Below, piece after piece: positions 43,509-55,916 of a stretch of 64,000 bases of DNA. A program made the position numbers and the translations under genes. Under the pieces are notes generated by a model. That model had not been told where the DNA came from. It saw only the letters and a program-made list of their open reading frames with translations, and ran no database searches. Numbering within the stretch: the first letter of the stretch is position 1; each line of letters starts with the position of its first letter. Source of the DNA: the human T2T-CHM13v2.0 reference genome, Homo sapiens; NCBI RefSeq assembly GCF_009914755.1, contig NC_060927.1. One strand, written 5' to 3'.

Positions 43509-43544
<36 letters not shown>
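43509..43544. repeat. (GT)n microsatellite
   Basis: Read directly from the sequence. Confidence 0.97.
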
Positions 43545-43546
<2 letters not shown>

Positions 43547-44699
43547 AAAAGCAGACATACTTGGGCCATTTTCACTTCTGAATTTAGAAACTACATTATA
43601 CACAGCAATACAGTCATCCTACATTTACCATATAGAGCAAGACCCATTTTGACACACAATAGTAAATTATTGAGTGAGGCACTCAACAATTAAACACAAT
43701 GAAATGTTTATAATAATGTATCACAGAGGGCCAATTCCAACAGTGATCTTCAGGTAAAACTGTTCAACCTTTTGCTCTAAGACCATTCCATTGTGTGTTG
43801 TAATTAATAATTCCACACATGGATATTGATGACAGAATTCAAATAAGAAATCAGCAGCACCTCAGAAACTTCTGTCCCCATCAGGTGAGCAGAGGGGCTG
43901 GCTCGATGAGCTCCATCAGCTAGGATAATTATTATGAATAAGGAGGTGTGTCACTTATCTGTGAAGGACAGGGGTACCTGTACCAAAAATTACACACAAG
44001 TGGCACACAACTCAGTTCACTGGAACATCTGAAATGCTCAGAGTAAATGCAAATGGCAAAATAAAACATGGCTGATGCATTCTCTGCAGAAAAAAAAAAA
44101 CTGATTTTGGAAAGCAGGATAAGGAATTGAATAATTGCTAAATATGAAAAGTCAAAGAGTGGCCAAACTCAGCCAGAGGCCAAGAGGAGTCACTGCCAAT
44201 TTTCTAGGAGAAGTCACTGTTCTAATACTTACTTGAGAGTTCTCAAGTATTCTTTTCCCTCTTTTCACTATTTTTTCTCCCATTTTGCCAACTAAATTCT
44301 ACTAAACACTGCACTGCTAAGAACTCACTTTCTACAACTTTAAAATGCTGACATCAGAGTAGAATTGGATGACGCAACAGGAAAGAAGCCATGTATTTTA
44401 ATATCCTACACTCTAGAGCACACCAAAAACCATGCCAATTCATACCTTTGAGTCGATCTTTTAAGGGGAAAAGGAACAAAAGAGAAGCGCTATGTGTGTA
44501 CAGAGAGGTGTGCTTCAAACAATCAGAGATGCGTATCTTAAGATTCCCCTCCAAATGTATTTAATGTAAATTAAATAAGGAAAAACACATTAAAGAAGAT
44601 TGTTCTTTAATGGAAATTTATCATGGATTTTGCTGTAAAGAGAATAATATTCTTTTAGTTTTTTCTTATTAAAATCAAGACTTAAATAGGCCCACTTAC

Positions 44700-44965
44700 C
44701 TTAAAGATATAACTAAACATCACATAGAGATACAAATGTAAACATTTAAATATTTCTTAATCCTAGGTTACTTATTGGTTATTTAGAAATTCTGGATAAA
44801 GACTCACAAGTCAAGCGGGGGTGATGGAAGATATTGAAATGTCTCCCCGTGGCATATTCAGTGAAGAAAGTCACTACATGTTGACAGATTCCAGTAACCA
44901 TTGCTGTGCTGTAAAAATTGGTTTCACTTACCTAGAAAAGGAAAACAAGAATAGGAAAAATTAAT
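44700..44965 (-). other. Candidate recursive splice site (3'ss abutting a 5'ss) with non-coding RS-exon
   Basis: Minus strand reads TTAATTTTTCCTATTCTTGTTTTCCTTTTCTAG|GTAAGTGAAAC (AG at 44933-44932, GTAAGT at 44931-44926); downstream donors CTT|GTGAGT (GT at 44807) and AAG|GTAAGT (GT at 44699). Motif evidence only. Confidence 0.6.
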
Positions 44966-45345
44966 AGAATTCTTTGAATTTCAAAAGTTGTGTTTGTTCC
45001 TTGCGTCCCTTTTCCTCCCTTTCACACTCTCTTCACTGTTCAGGAAATAGCCTGGTCAGTATCTCAGTATTGGGGACAAAGATCACACATATGTAGTGGA
45101 AAAGACGAGTGCCCTACCCTTGGCAATGGAGAATAGCAAGGTCCACCCCTCCTCATACCTTGCTCTGCAGGTGTCTCAGGTGGGAGAAGCAAGACAAAGT
45201 CTTAACTTTTCTTCTGAAGGTAAAGGTAGGGGTTAGAGCTGTTTGGGTCAGAGTCATGCCTACTCCTTGGGAAAGTCCTCCCAATCTTGCTTTTCCTACC
45301 TCAGCATCTTTGTATATGATCCCGTGATCCCTTTTCCCTCAACAA

Positions 45346-45363
45346 CCCCCACCCCACCCACCC
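45346..45363 (-). other. G-quadruplex motif
   Basis: Minus strand GGG-T-GGG-T-GGGG-T-GGGGG: four G-runs with 1-nt loops. Confidence 0.75.
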
Positions 45364-45479
45364 TGCCATTCAGTCCTATTGTTAGCATTCTGTTTGGAAG
45401 TAACCTTCTTAAAAAAGAGCTTACACACTTTTGAAGCCCATGTCAGGGGCTTCCTCTGTGTGCCTAGCTCTCTGTATTT

Positions 45480-45662
45480 ATTGCTAAAGCAGTAGTTATG
45501 ACACTGCCCTCTAGTTAAGTGCTCACTTGCCCTCCATCCCTGCTTAGAATATGAGCTCCCCGGGGGGCAGGCTGTATTTTACTTTATTTTCTTTCCACAG
45601 CTTCCAGAGTATAATATGGGACATAGCAAATTTCAACAAAGATTGTTTAATGAACAAATGAA
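45480..45662 (+). mobile_element. L2 3' end
   Basis: tagaatatgagctccc...ggcagg...acatagcaaatttcaacaaagattgtttaatgaacaaatgaa. Confidence 0.6.
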
Positions 45663-46067
45663 CTTATTAGTAAGTAAAGGGAGTCCAGGTCAGAGCAAAA
45701 GGAAAGATAGAGGAAGCTGACTGCATAGGATGAATCTAGGATCTAGGCTTTAAGAAAGAAACCTAAAGATGTTATCCTGTTTCCTACTTGTTCATCTTCT
45801 CAGTTTAGGAAAACAATTACAAATCAACATAGAGGATCTGGAGTACAACATTAAGTTTTTCAGGGACAAAACATGGTACTCGGTGCTAGGTCCACTTGAA
45901 GATCCAGGGGAAGGAAAAAACTTCTGCATGGCTTCACTCAAAAATGTCCAGGTCATGTGTCTGTCAATTACTAATTATGTGATTTGCATAAATTGCTCAT
46001 TATCTAAGCCCTGTTTATTAGATGCAACTAGAAATTATCATCTTTGGCCTGTCTACATCACTGTGCT

Positions 46068-46207
46068 TTAACTTTGTATTTAGAAATAACTATAGTCGCA
46101 CAGGAAATTATAAAATTAGGACATAGAGACCCGTGAATCCTTTCCCCAACTTTCCCCAATGATAGTATACATAATGGTAGTACAGTGTCAAAACCAGAAA
46201 ACATTAG
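46068..46207 (-). mobile_element. L1MC/MD 3' end (antisense)
   Basis: aaataactatagtcgcacaggaaatt...tttccccaatgat...agtacagtgtcaaaaccagaaaacatt. Confidence 0.7.
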
Positions 46208-46284
46208 AATTTGTTGAGAGAACCAAACGAGGTGATGGAAATAAATATGGAATTCATCGTATTTTTATTAGGTTAATTATTCTT

Positions 46285-47180
46285 TATTTGATAATTCATT
46301 ATTAAAAGCTTACTATATGCTAGGTATTGTGCCGGACACTTGGGTTATATTTGTGATCAAAATAAGCCTGTCCCTGGCCTTCATGAAGCTTATGCATAGT
46401 AGTAAAAAATAGAAAGATGAAACAATTACAATGTTGGTCAGTAAGTTCAATTCGTACATGGGTAAAAACAGAATACCTAACTGAATCTAGAAGGGAGGAT
46501 GATCTAGTGAGATAGGGCTTCCAAAGATGAATTTTTAAGTCTAGACTCAAATCTGAATGATAAGTTGGAATTGTCCACGTAGAGAACTAAGAAAATATAT
46601 TCAGGTAGAAGGAAGCACACACTTGAAGTCAAAGAGAAGGAAAAAAATAATCCAGCCTATTTTAGTTTGAACAATAACAACGTATCATATTTGTTTTGCA
46701 AAAATGGTTGAGTAGTGGCAGTTTAATATGATTCAATCTAATAATTCTTCATGGCTATGTAAGGGTTGTCATGAAGAAGTAAGCTTAAAAAAAATGAGAA
46801 AGACTTGGATAAAATAGAGTCTAGCTGGCCAGGTTAAGGAGTTTATAATTTATTCTAAGGGCAAAGGGGGCCAGGGATGAGTTTTAAACAGGGGGGTATT
46901 ATAATCAAATTGGCTTTTTGGAAGATTATTCTGGCTGCCTGTAGAGAAATGAATATGATGGGCAAATGTGGAGGTGGAGGAGGGGAGACCAACTGGAAAT
47001 TGTAGCATTAAGCCAGAAAGATATTACAGCAAGTTAGCTGAGACTGTGGACTAAGGGATAGATGGAAGTAGGCAGATTGCTTCAGGGATAAAACTTACTT
47101 AATTTGGAGACAGGCTGTATGTATATATAAAAAGAAACACAATAATAAAGGAGATACCAAGGTTTCTAGCTTAAGCAATA
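46285..47180 (-). mobile_element. L2 fragment
   Basis: cttactatatgctaggtattgtgc...gtccctggccttcatgaagctta...gttaaggagttt...ttattctaagggcaa...gaagattattctggctgc...ccaaggtttctagctt. Confidence 0.75.
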
Positions 47181-48454
47181 CACACATGTACACACATAAA
47201 TGTACATAGTGGTATAAATCATGAAATGAAACTACAAGCAGAGGAAAAGCTATAGGTGAGTTATGATAGTGAAAACATTTTGTAAACTGTAAAGTGCTAT
47301 GAAAATGTAAGTTAGAGGTATTTTCCTACATGTGGAGTAGGTGTAATGCATGCATATAAAATTCTCAGAAGGATTAGAAAAATAAGTGGCCTGCTTTTTG
47401 AGAGCAATGTTAGTGCATGGCTTCTACACAGTGTATCATAATTGGTTTGTGGTGCCATTTAGTAATGCCAAGACAATTCGTTAAGAGAATCAAGAACAAG
47501 CAGGTGTTTCCATTAGAGCTTGCTCTAATAAACACATGCACACACACGTTCACACATAATATCTGACCGAGGGCAGAGTTAAACTTCCTGAGGCACCCAA
47601 AGAACCCATTCCAGAAAACCATAATAGACACAGCACTTTTAACTCAAGAATGGAAACTAATCCTAAATGGAAAAGAAAACTCACTGGGGAGGTAGGTAAT
47701 TAAATAGACCATGATGCTTATTATTTCTCACCACAGTCATTTAAATAAATATCAATCAACAGACCCTATACTCTGCTATTGTTTCATGACATAAATGAAA
47801 TAACTTAAGTCATTAGTCTCAAGGTGCCAAAGATCAATTAGATTATTGCTTTTCATTAAGATGGTTTGTTATTGTGTACTATTGAAGGGCACTCAGTTGA
47901 TTACAAGTTACTTGAGACTTGGTGACACGTCTTGCTTATCTTTGAGTTCCCCAGAGAGTATAGCATGAGGCCTTGCACTTAACAGGCACTCAATAATATT
48001 GTTGAAGTTTAGAAACTTTATTAAAAATGAAACGCGCTGAGTTGTACTCAATGTGGTTTATTTTCACTCTAACAGTATTGGTGATGATTACTTTTAAAAG
48101 TGCTATTGTTGGTAAGGTACTTTGTCAACTTTTCGGGAAATGTCATTTACTTTAAGTTGGCAAAATGTAATTTATCAAAGGGAGGTAAGGGGAGAAAGGA
48201 AAAGCTTTGAGTAAATTCCAAGAAATGCATTTCTTGGAAGTAAGAGGCTTATTAGTGTTACTAATTCATAAAACATGCCTAACACAAAATCTTGACAACA
48301 TTCATACAATTGAGTTGTTTTTGGAAGTTTCTTTTAAGAATCTATTGCCAATTCCCTCTTTTAACTCATAGCAAACTGCTAATAAGACTTTTTTAGGGGG
48401 GAATGTGTAGAGGAATTCATAGCCATCAATAACACATTATTATTATTATTATTA

Positions 48455-48748
48455 ATTTTTTTTAGACACGGTCTCAAAAAACTGATGCCTAGGCTGGAGT
48501 GCAGTGGTGCAATCACAGCTCACTGCAGTGTCAACTTCCTGGGCTCAGGTGATTTTCCCATCTCAGCCTCCTAAGTAGCAGGGACTACAGGCACTCGCCA
48601 CCATACCAGGCTAATTTTTTGTACTTTTTGTAGAAATGGTGTTTTGCCATGTTACCTGAGCTGGTCTTGAACTCCTGGGCTCAAGCGATCCACCCACCTC
48701 AGCCTCCTAATGTGTTGAGATTACAGGCATGAGCCACCGCACCTGGCC
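48455..48748 (-). mobile_element. AluJ
   Basis: aatcacagctcactgcag...cctgggctcagg and ctcctgggctcaagcgatcc; flanked on both sides by tattattattaatttt. Confidence 0.92.
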
Positions 48749-50694
48749 TATTATTATTAATTTTAATTAATTTTTATTTGTGGAGAACCACTTTACTCCT
48801 CACTTGATGTGACAGGTGGTGCCCATGCTGCCTCCACCTTAGCCCAGGATGATTTTAAAGAACCATGAGATGAAAGCCTTGCCCTCTCTCTGGCTTGTGG
48901 CATTTCAAATGATTTCATGTTAGTAGAGATTGAGAAGTTGACATGACTGTTAGTCTTGTTCCAAGCTCCACCTCACAGCTCACTGGTTGGGTGGCATTAC
49001 CAGCCTGAGGGCTGAAGAAGCAAGGCAGAGCAGCTTCTGCATCATCTCTGCAGCTTATGAAGATGTTTTGCCAACACAGTGGTACTGAAAAGACAACAGC
49101 AGCAGACACACCCAGACAGTTGGTGCTTGGTCTGGATTTCATATTGCTTTGTAAAATGTGTTTTATATATTGGTGACATCCTACAATTCCCCTGATCTTT
49201 GAGAAAATTAGTCTGTTATCATGAATTGATGTAGTTAGAAATTCAGCACTAAAATTCCTTGTGCTTTTTAGGGGAAAACACCTGTGGTGCTCACCAATAT
49301 TTATCCCATCAGGAAGTTAGGAGGCCCTGACCCGGAAAAGACCTTTCGAATGTAGATTGGAGACTGCTTCTTAGCTAGGGTTATTAAAAGTCCACACACA
49401 TATTTATTAAAATCCACATACTCATTAAAATAAATAAATAAAATTTAAAAGTCCACATACTCTCTGGATAAAGTCTTGGAAACACACAATTGGACTAGGG
49501 GAGATGGTCTCCGATAATGGTTAATCTCTCCTATATCTCCTGAGCATGGACCTGTTCCCACTACTTAACTTTGTATAAAGGTTGTTATGGTGATAGAAAG
49601 GGAAGAACTGTGAGAGATTGCCAAGATGTTGCCATGTGAAAGAAGGCCAAACTTAGAGAAACTTTTGCAAAAATCGCTTGAAGCTGGGATTGATCATTAC
49701 TGTGCTGCTTACTCCCAAGATGTTGACAGGCATTAAAAGGACAGCACTCCTCCAATTTTATAAGCAAGTCTTGCAATTTTGTGAGACAGTTGTCTCATTT
49801 TATTAATCTGGTGGCTTGAGGGAGGCTACAGCTCTTAGGAATGGGGGAAGTGTCCAGTTCTAGGAACAACTGATGCCTACCTGCATTATTCAAAATGGCC
49901 CTATATAGGAGCTTCCATGATTCAGTAAACTAAAACGATACACTCTTGTCTTATGCATTTAATGGGGCACCTTTAATATTTTTCACTTGGAGTAACCAAA
50001 TAAGAGAGTAAGATTTCAAGGTTGAAGGGTGAAGCTATGGGATGGTGGGAAGACAGTCATAGTACAATATTCTACGTTATTTGACAAGGTTCTCCGGTAT
50101 AAAGAGAAAAGAATCTTTTGCTTAAATTTAGTCTACTGCCTATACTACGTGGTCTCGTAACCTCAAGGGAGAAGCCAGTTTTACTAGGGAAGAGAAGGAA
50201 ATGGGAAGTATCCTCACTCAGTTTTTAGTATTTTCAACTATGCAGCATCCCACCTGAAATCTCATTGAGTGTTAGCACTAATTGGTTGTAGCATCAGAAA
50301 AGTCGGCTGATTCAAGGAAGTGGCATTTGGAGGTCATGTGAATGATTATGTGCTGCTGATTAGTCATCTGAAGAGGTTAAGTGAGAAATATTACCCTTTC
50401 TCTTGTTTAGAATAGTACATTACAGATTCTGTCTGAGCAAAGAGGAGCAGCAAGCTGGTAAACCTGAAATACTCATCCAAAGAAACCAACGTCGTCAACA
50501 ATTCTGTGAAAAATGTGGTTATGGTAGGGCTTCCAACTTATTTCTGGAACTATTAATATATCTATTCATGATGAGAAATCATTTTTGTTAAAACTGAGTA
50601 CAATCAAGCAACACCACATATATCTCTGGAATGAATGTATACAGCTCAGAAATATTCACTAGGATAATGTTTTACCTAAGTGAAATAAACTTGC

Positions 50695-50697
<3 letters not shown>

Positions 50698-50738
<41 letters not shown>
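50698..50738. repeat. (CA)n microsatellite
   Basis: Read directly from the sequence. Confidence 0.97.
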
Positions 50739-50740
<2 letters not shown>

Positions 50741-51519
50741 CTGGCCCTCACAGTGAGAAGAGGCTTTGGTTTCTTGCTCAAACTTTTGCGAAGAATGGAA
50801 GTTCTGTGGAGTAGTACAAACTCAAGCAAAAGAAGTCCTAAAGATGGCTCCCTTCCATCAACTTGCTCCAGCTTTAGGCTTCTAAAAGGGTCCAAAGAAC
50901 AGCTCCAATAGGAACAATTCATTATTCTAAACTTGTTTCCTTTCAGTAAAAATGGGAATGGAGATTATGCAACATGCTTGTTTATTGACATCTTCAGACC
51001 ATACTGACATCTGCTTATACCATATTGAGTGCTATCCAGTAAAATTCCCCTATATTTCCTGTTCCACTTCCTAGGTTCATCCAATCTGCCTTCTGGAAAT
51101 AGCGATCAGCAAAAGTTGTATTTCATAATTGTATTATTGGCTGAATTATTAATTGAAATGAAAACAACATTTTAATGGGCTTAAAAGTCGTTTGGAAATG
51201 AGATAAAATGTTCTAAGCAGTGCCTGCCTAGACGCAGACCTAAAGGAAAGCACTCTGACAGTTTGATTATTATGCACATTAGCACAATCGAGTTGGCTCC
51301 CAGTTCCTAGAATAACATTCTCCTCTATGCATAAATGTCTCTCCTCATTGTTTGCTTTTCATTGCATTTATGTGTGATGCCTCAAGGATAATTCTTTCCT
51401 TCTGAGTAATCTCACATATTATGTTACTGCAATACTATCTCTATCGTTGCTGTCATAAATGACTTGCTTCTTTTGCACCAGTTGAGGAGAGAAACCCAAA
51501 ATCACAACTCAACCCTCCA

Positions 51520-51935
51520 AACTGGATCTTTATAGAGACCAACCAGATCTATATGACCTAATGCCTGTTACCTCTCTGACCTCATTTCCTACTACCTCCT
51601 CCCCATTTTGCCCATTCTAGTCCAGTCACACTGGCATCCTTCCTCTATGCCAAACTCCTTGACCACACACCAATACAGGACTTTTGCATTAGCTATTACC
51701 TCTGATTAGACAAGTCTTCTCTACTCCCTTGCCTCTTTCAAGTCTCTGCTGAAATGTCAACTTCTCAAAGAGGCTTATCCTGACACTATTAAATACTGAA
51801 ACATGACCCCTGTGACTCATTTGAACTCCTGTTCCCTTAAATGGCTCTACTTTTACTTTTATCCCTAGCACTTTTCAGTTACTAACCTAGCAGATAATTT
51901 ACCTTTGTATTTTGTTATTTCTGCCTCCTGTCTAG

Positions 51936-51940
<5 letters not shown>
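51520..51940 (+). mobile_element. L2a fragment
   Basis: acctctctgacctcatttcctac...caggacttttgcattagct...ttcaagtctctgctgaaatgtcaacttctcaaagaggcttatcctgac. Confidence 0.8.
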
Positions 51941-51981
<41 letters not shown>

Positions 51982-52105
51982 ACATATATAAGTATATAAA
52001 GTACATGTATATATAAATGATATATAAAAGGTACATAATACATATGTATGGCATACATATATGGTATATATTTGTATACATATGTGTGTGTATGTACATG
52101 TGTGT
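51941..52105. repeat. Compound (CA)n / (TA)-rich / (TG) simple repeat
   Basis: Read directly from the sequence. Confidence 0.9.
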
Positions 52106-54157
52106 CCATAAACATTTGCTAAAGGGTTAATGAAACAGTGGGCTCCTTGGTGCATCCGTTGATTCGCTTCTTTTCAAAACTTGTATCTCTTCCAAGGAAT
52201 AGATCATTACTTGCCCTTTCCCTCTTTTAGAATTTGTTTATCACTGCTGGCACCAAACACTTGTCTTATTTTGCTGATCCTGATTTTTCTCCTTTCTTAT
52301 GGTGTGGTTAGCCCTGCTTTCTTTCTTTATTATTAATCAAGTCTTCAAATCTCACTGTCAGTAACTATAGCAAGAAGGATATATCACTGGCAGAAAACAA
52401 GATTAAGTCTTGAATGGGTAGAATTGAAGGAAATCCAGGTACTATCTTTTCTGATCTCATTACCCATCAACGAATCAATGGAAATCTCTTCGCACAGACC
52501 TAGAATTCTAACTCACAAGTCACCCAAGCTGGGAAGATCTTCAGATTTATTCTCTCTTTTGCATGCAGGCCATGTAATTTAGTAATAGCTACTCAACTAC
52601 CATTGACCTGCTAATTAATCCATGGATTTTTGTTGTTGTTGTTGTGCCTTTAATCATTTCCCCTGATAACAGAGTCAGTTTCGAAATACTCATTTTCTGT
52701 TCAGACTCACCAACTAAATGCTACTAGAGTTCCGTAATAATAAAACAACGAAATATATTGACTCCCTGCCAACTTGTTCTCTTTCTCTTCCTTTCCTATG
52801 TGTCAGCTGGTGTTACTATGCAGATGGAATACTGAGAGGGGAAAGGAACCACTAGTAAATGAGTAGTTTGCATCACAGGTGAGGGTGAGAAATGATTCAT
52901 TATTTGGGTCAAGAAACAAGTCAGTCCTGTTCTCTCAGAATTGAAGGTTTAACTGTCCTCCCAATTTTCCATCATTAATTTTGAATTAACCTGACAATAA
53001 CTGGTTGAGACCTTATGCTTAGAGGCCCCTTTCCTGAGAACATGTGGTTGATTCTCCTTTTCCATTGCCAAGTAACAAGTGATACACATTTTATGATGGG
53101 GCCATATAGTACCTACTAAAAATGTTGGTAACATAGTTACCCTACATAGAGTCCATCCTTTGATTTAAAAGATGTCCAATTTCATATATTGCTGAATAGT
53201 AACTGAAGTGCTGGCTTCTGTTTCCTGCTGTAAACAGTGTATCTACAGTGTGCCTTTGAAAGTGTCAGTTCACCTTTCTGAACCTCAGTAGGCAGAATGG
53301 AAAGAACTGCCCATTTATCTGCCTTCCAGGATGTTGACGAGTTTATGTTTTGTCACGTGCAAGGGGAAATTCACACCAACTGTTATGATTTCCTCTGAAA
53401 TCACATAGAACTTAATTTATTTCTTATTCAATGACCGAGAGAAAAGAAACTGGGAGGTTAAATGATATAGTTACTCGACCTCTAGTTACTGCAATCAAAA
53501 TGAGTAGCTCTAACTTTATCAAGCCAGGATTATACATCATTAGCAAACAGACTAGAGAAAATTGTGCTTACTGTTTAGTTTTCCTTCATATGAATTACTT
53601 TTGTACCAATTCAGGTTTCCCATCAACATAGTGAGGGCATCAGAAAGCGTAGCCAAGAGTTTGAATCTTGCTTGCATTGAAGCACTACAAGGAAGGAAAG
53701 GTCTACTATTTGGCTTTCACCACGAGAACAGAAGGGTCTTTATTAAGATAAAGTTGAGAGGGATTCAATACTATGACCACAACCAGTGTGACTGATTTTC
53801 TTACGGGCAAAACATTCAATGAGTCCCCTCCTTTCCAAGTCAGTCACTTTATGAAGTACATATATTTATTTCAAATAATACATTCCATGGTCAAATACAT
53901 TTTTAGGACACCCTGCTAAGAATTGCCTTTTTGTCCATTTATAGTGTTTTTGACTTTGATACTGATCACTTCCAAATGTTTACTTTATTCTCTAAAACAA
54001 AGTTTTACCATCCCTGAACATATTTAAAATAAACATGGCTAGAGAAGATTCTGAAAAGAGAGTTCTAGAAATATTTTGAATATGATAGCACAGTTGGAAT
54101 ACGAGCATATTGACTTAGGTAAGCTAATGTTTTTCATATACATTTTTTTTTTCCACG

Positions 54158-54385
54158 AGGCAGTGAATTGTAAGGTTGAATAACAATGGATTTGGAGCCA
54201 GACTCTTGGTTTAAATCCTTGTGTAGGAATTTACTAGCCATGCTGAAAAGTTATTTAACCCCTCTGGGGTTCAAAATTCTTATGTTAAACTGTAATAAGT
54301 ATAAAATTCAACTTATAAGGTTATTGGAAAACAGAAAATAATTTTATCTATGTAAAATAATTGCATAGAGTATGGCATGAGGGTA
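54158..54385 (+). mobile_element. MIR
   Basis: ggatttggagccagactcttggtttaaatcct...tttactagcca...aagttatttaacccctct. Confidence 0.7.
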
Positions 54386-55811
54386 AAACAAAACAACAAG
54401 AGTGTGATCTATTTTTGGTACTGTTATTACTAAAGTTATTATTTAAAAGACACAGAAAATGGCTTGCAAAGGGTCAATCCTCAAAAGAGGTGAAGGGATC
54501 TATAACAAGGAGCTATTTCTTATGTCTCTAAAAAAATTTTTACTCTTCGCCACAGCCAATCTGCCTGTACTTAAACAGCCAAGAACCTCAAGAAAATCAC
54601 CCGATGGAGACTCAGATGATAATACTGTGCAAGGGATTTAGTGGGGGAAAAAAACCTGTCTCTTCAGAAATAGCTATGACACTAAACACTGCTTCAGAGA
54701 TACTTGATCTTTATTCTCCCTAGAAGCTTAAGATAAGTGACAGACAGGGCTCTGAACCTGCAGCTGGGCTTTAACATTGTCAGGATATGGTGATTTTGTG
54801 TTAATATGAGTATCTTTCAACAACTCAAGTGGAATAAATTTTTATTTATCCTACCTTCTGACTGCCAGTAGTTGGTGAACACAGAAAGAAGACCCTATGC
54901 AAAAATATCCCACTTCATGTTCTAGAGAACAAGCCCAAGGAAAGCAAATATATTATCAGATCATTATTACCAGACCTCACGCTAGTAAAACAGTGGCTAT
55001 CATTTATTTTTTCAACTAAATATATGCCAGTCATCATCTATGATCTCCCTAATGTCATAATAATGGAAGGATTGTAGTAATTTAGAAAGGTGTGCAGGAC
55101 AGAGCATGTCTTACACTGCTTTATATAAATGCACTATCCTTATATTTCTCATTTTGACATTGACTTGTGAAAAAGATTATCACCATTGTATTTGGGAACA
55201 ACTCACTTACATGCTTCTTGTATATAATCCTAGGAGTGAGGCTGGATTAGCTTTGCCTGGGTACGTCAGCTTCCTTACTTATAAAAAGGACACGATTAGC
55301 TTCTTATCACATCCAGCGGCTCCCTCATCCTCCTTAAATGTTCTGCCACATATTTTGACCATCTTCCTCCTTCGGTTTATGCATTACTGCATTAACTTTG
55401 TTCTCTCGGTTCATGAATTACTATTTCTATCTTAATCTCAGTAATTACAGTTTTTCTTGCTTCAACGTGACCTTCCTCTGGGGTAAAACCACTGACTGCT
55501 CTGCACCCATTTATTGTTCTCTATGACAGGGCTCATATTTTTTTTCTTTGATCATATTTTCTTCTTAAGCAAATTACCTCCAAATCTTTCTCTCCAGCAC
55601 TGGCTTTCCACAAGTCCTCCAAAACCTACTGGATAGCTCTTCCTTGATATCTTCACCTCAATTGTATTTATATCCATAACCACTTCAACTTGTTTCCCAA
55701 GATCAGCCCATTCCAGCAAATGAAGAAGCTTTTCCAAGTCCACTGGACTTGAAATTTAAGAAAAAAAACCTGTGATGCTTTTATCCACCTCAACCCAATA
55801 TTTAAGTTATC

Positions 55812-55916
55812 TATTTTTTATTGATATATAATAGTTGTATATATTTTGGGGGTACATATTTTATTTTGATACATGTATATGACATACAATGATCAAATTA
55901 GGGTAATTGGATATCA
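55812..55916 (-). mobile_element. L1MA 3' end (antisense)
   Basis: tttttattgatatataatagttgtatatattttgggggtacat...tttgatacatgtata...aatgatcaaattagggtaattgg. Confidence 0.85.

Noticed and set aside
50670-50692. Minus-strand TTTATTTCACTTAG|GTAAAA
   Set aside because: Donor lacks +5 G and the tract is interrupted.
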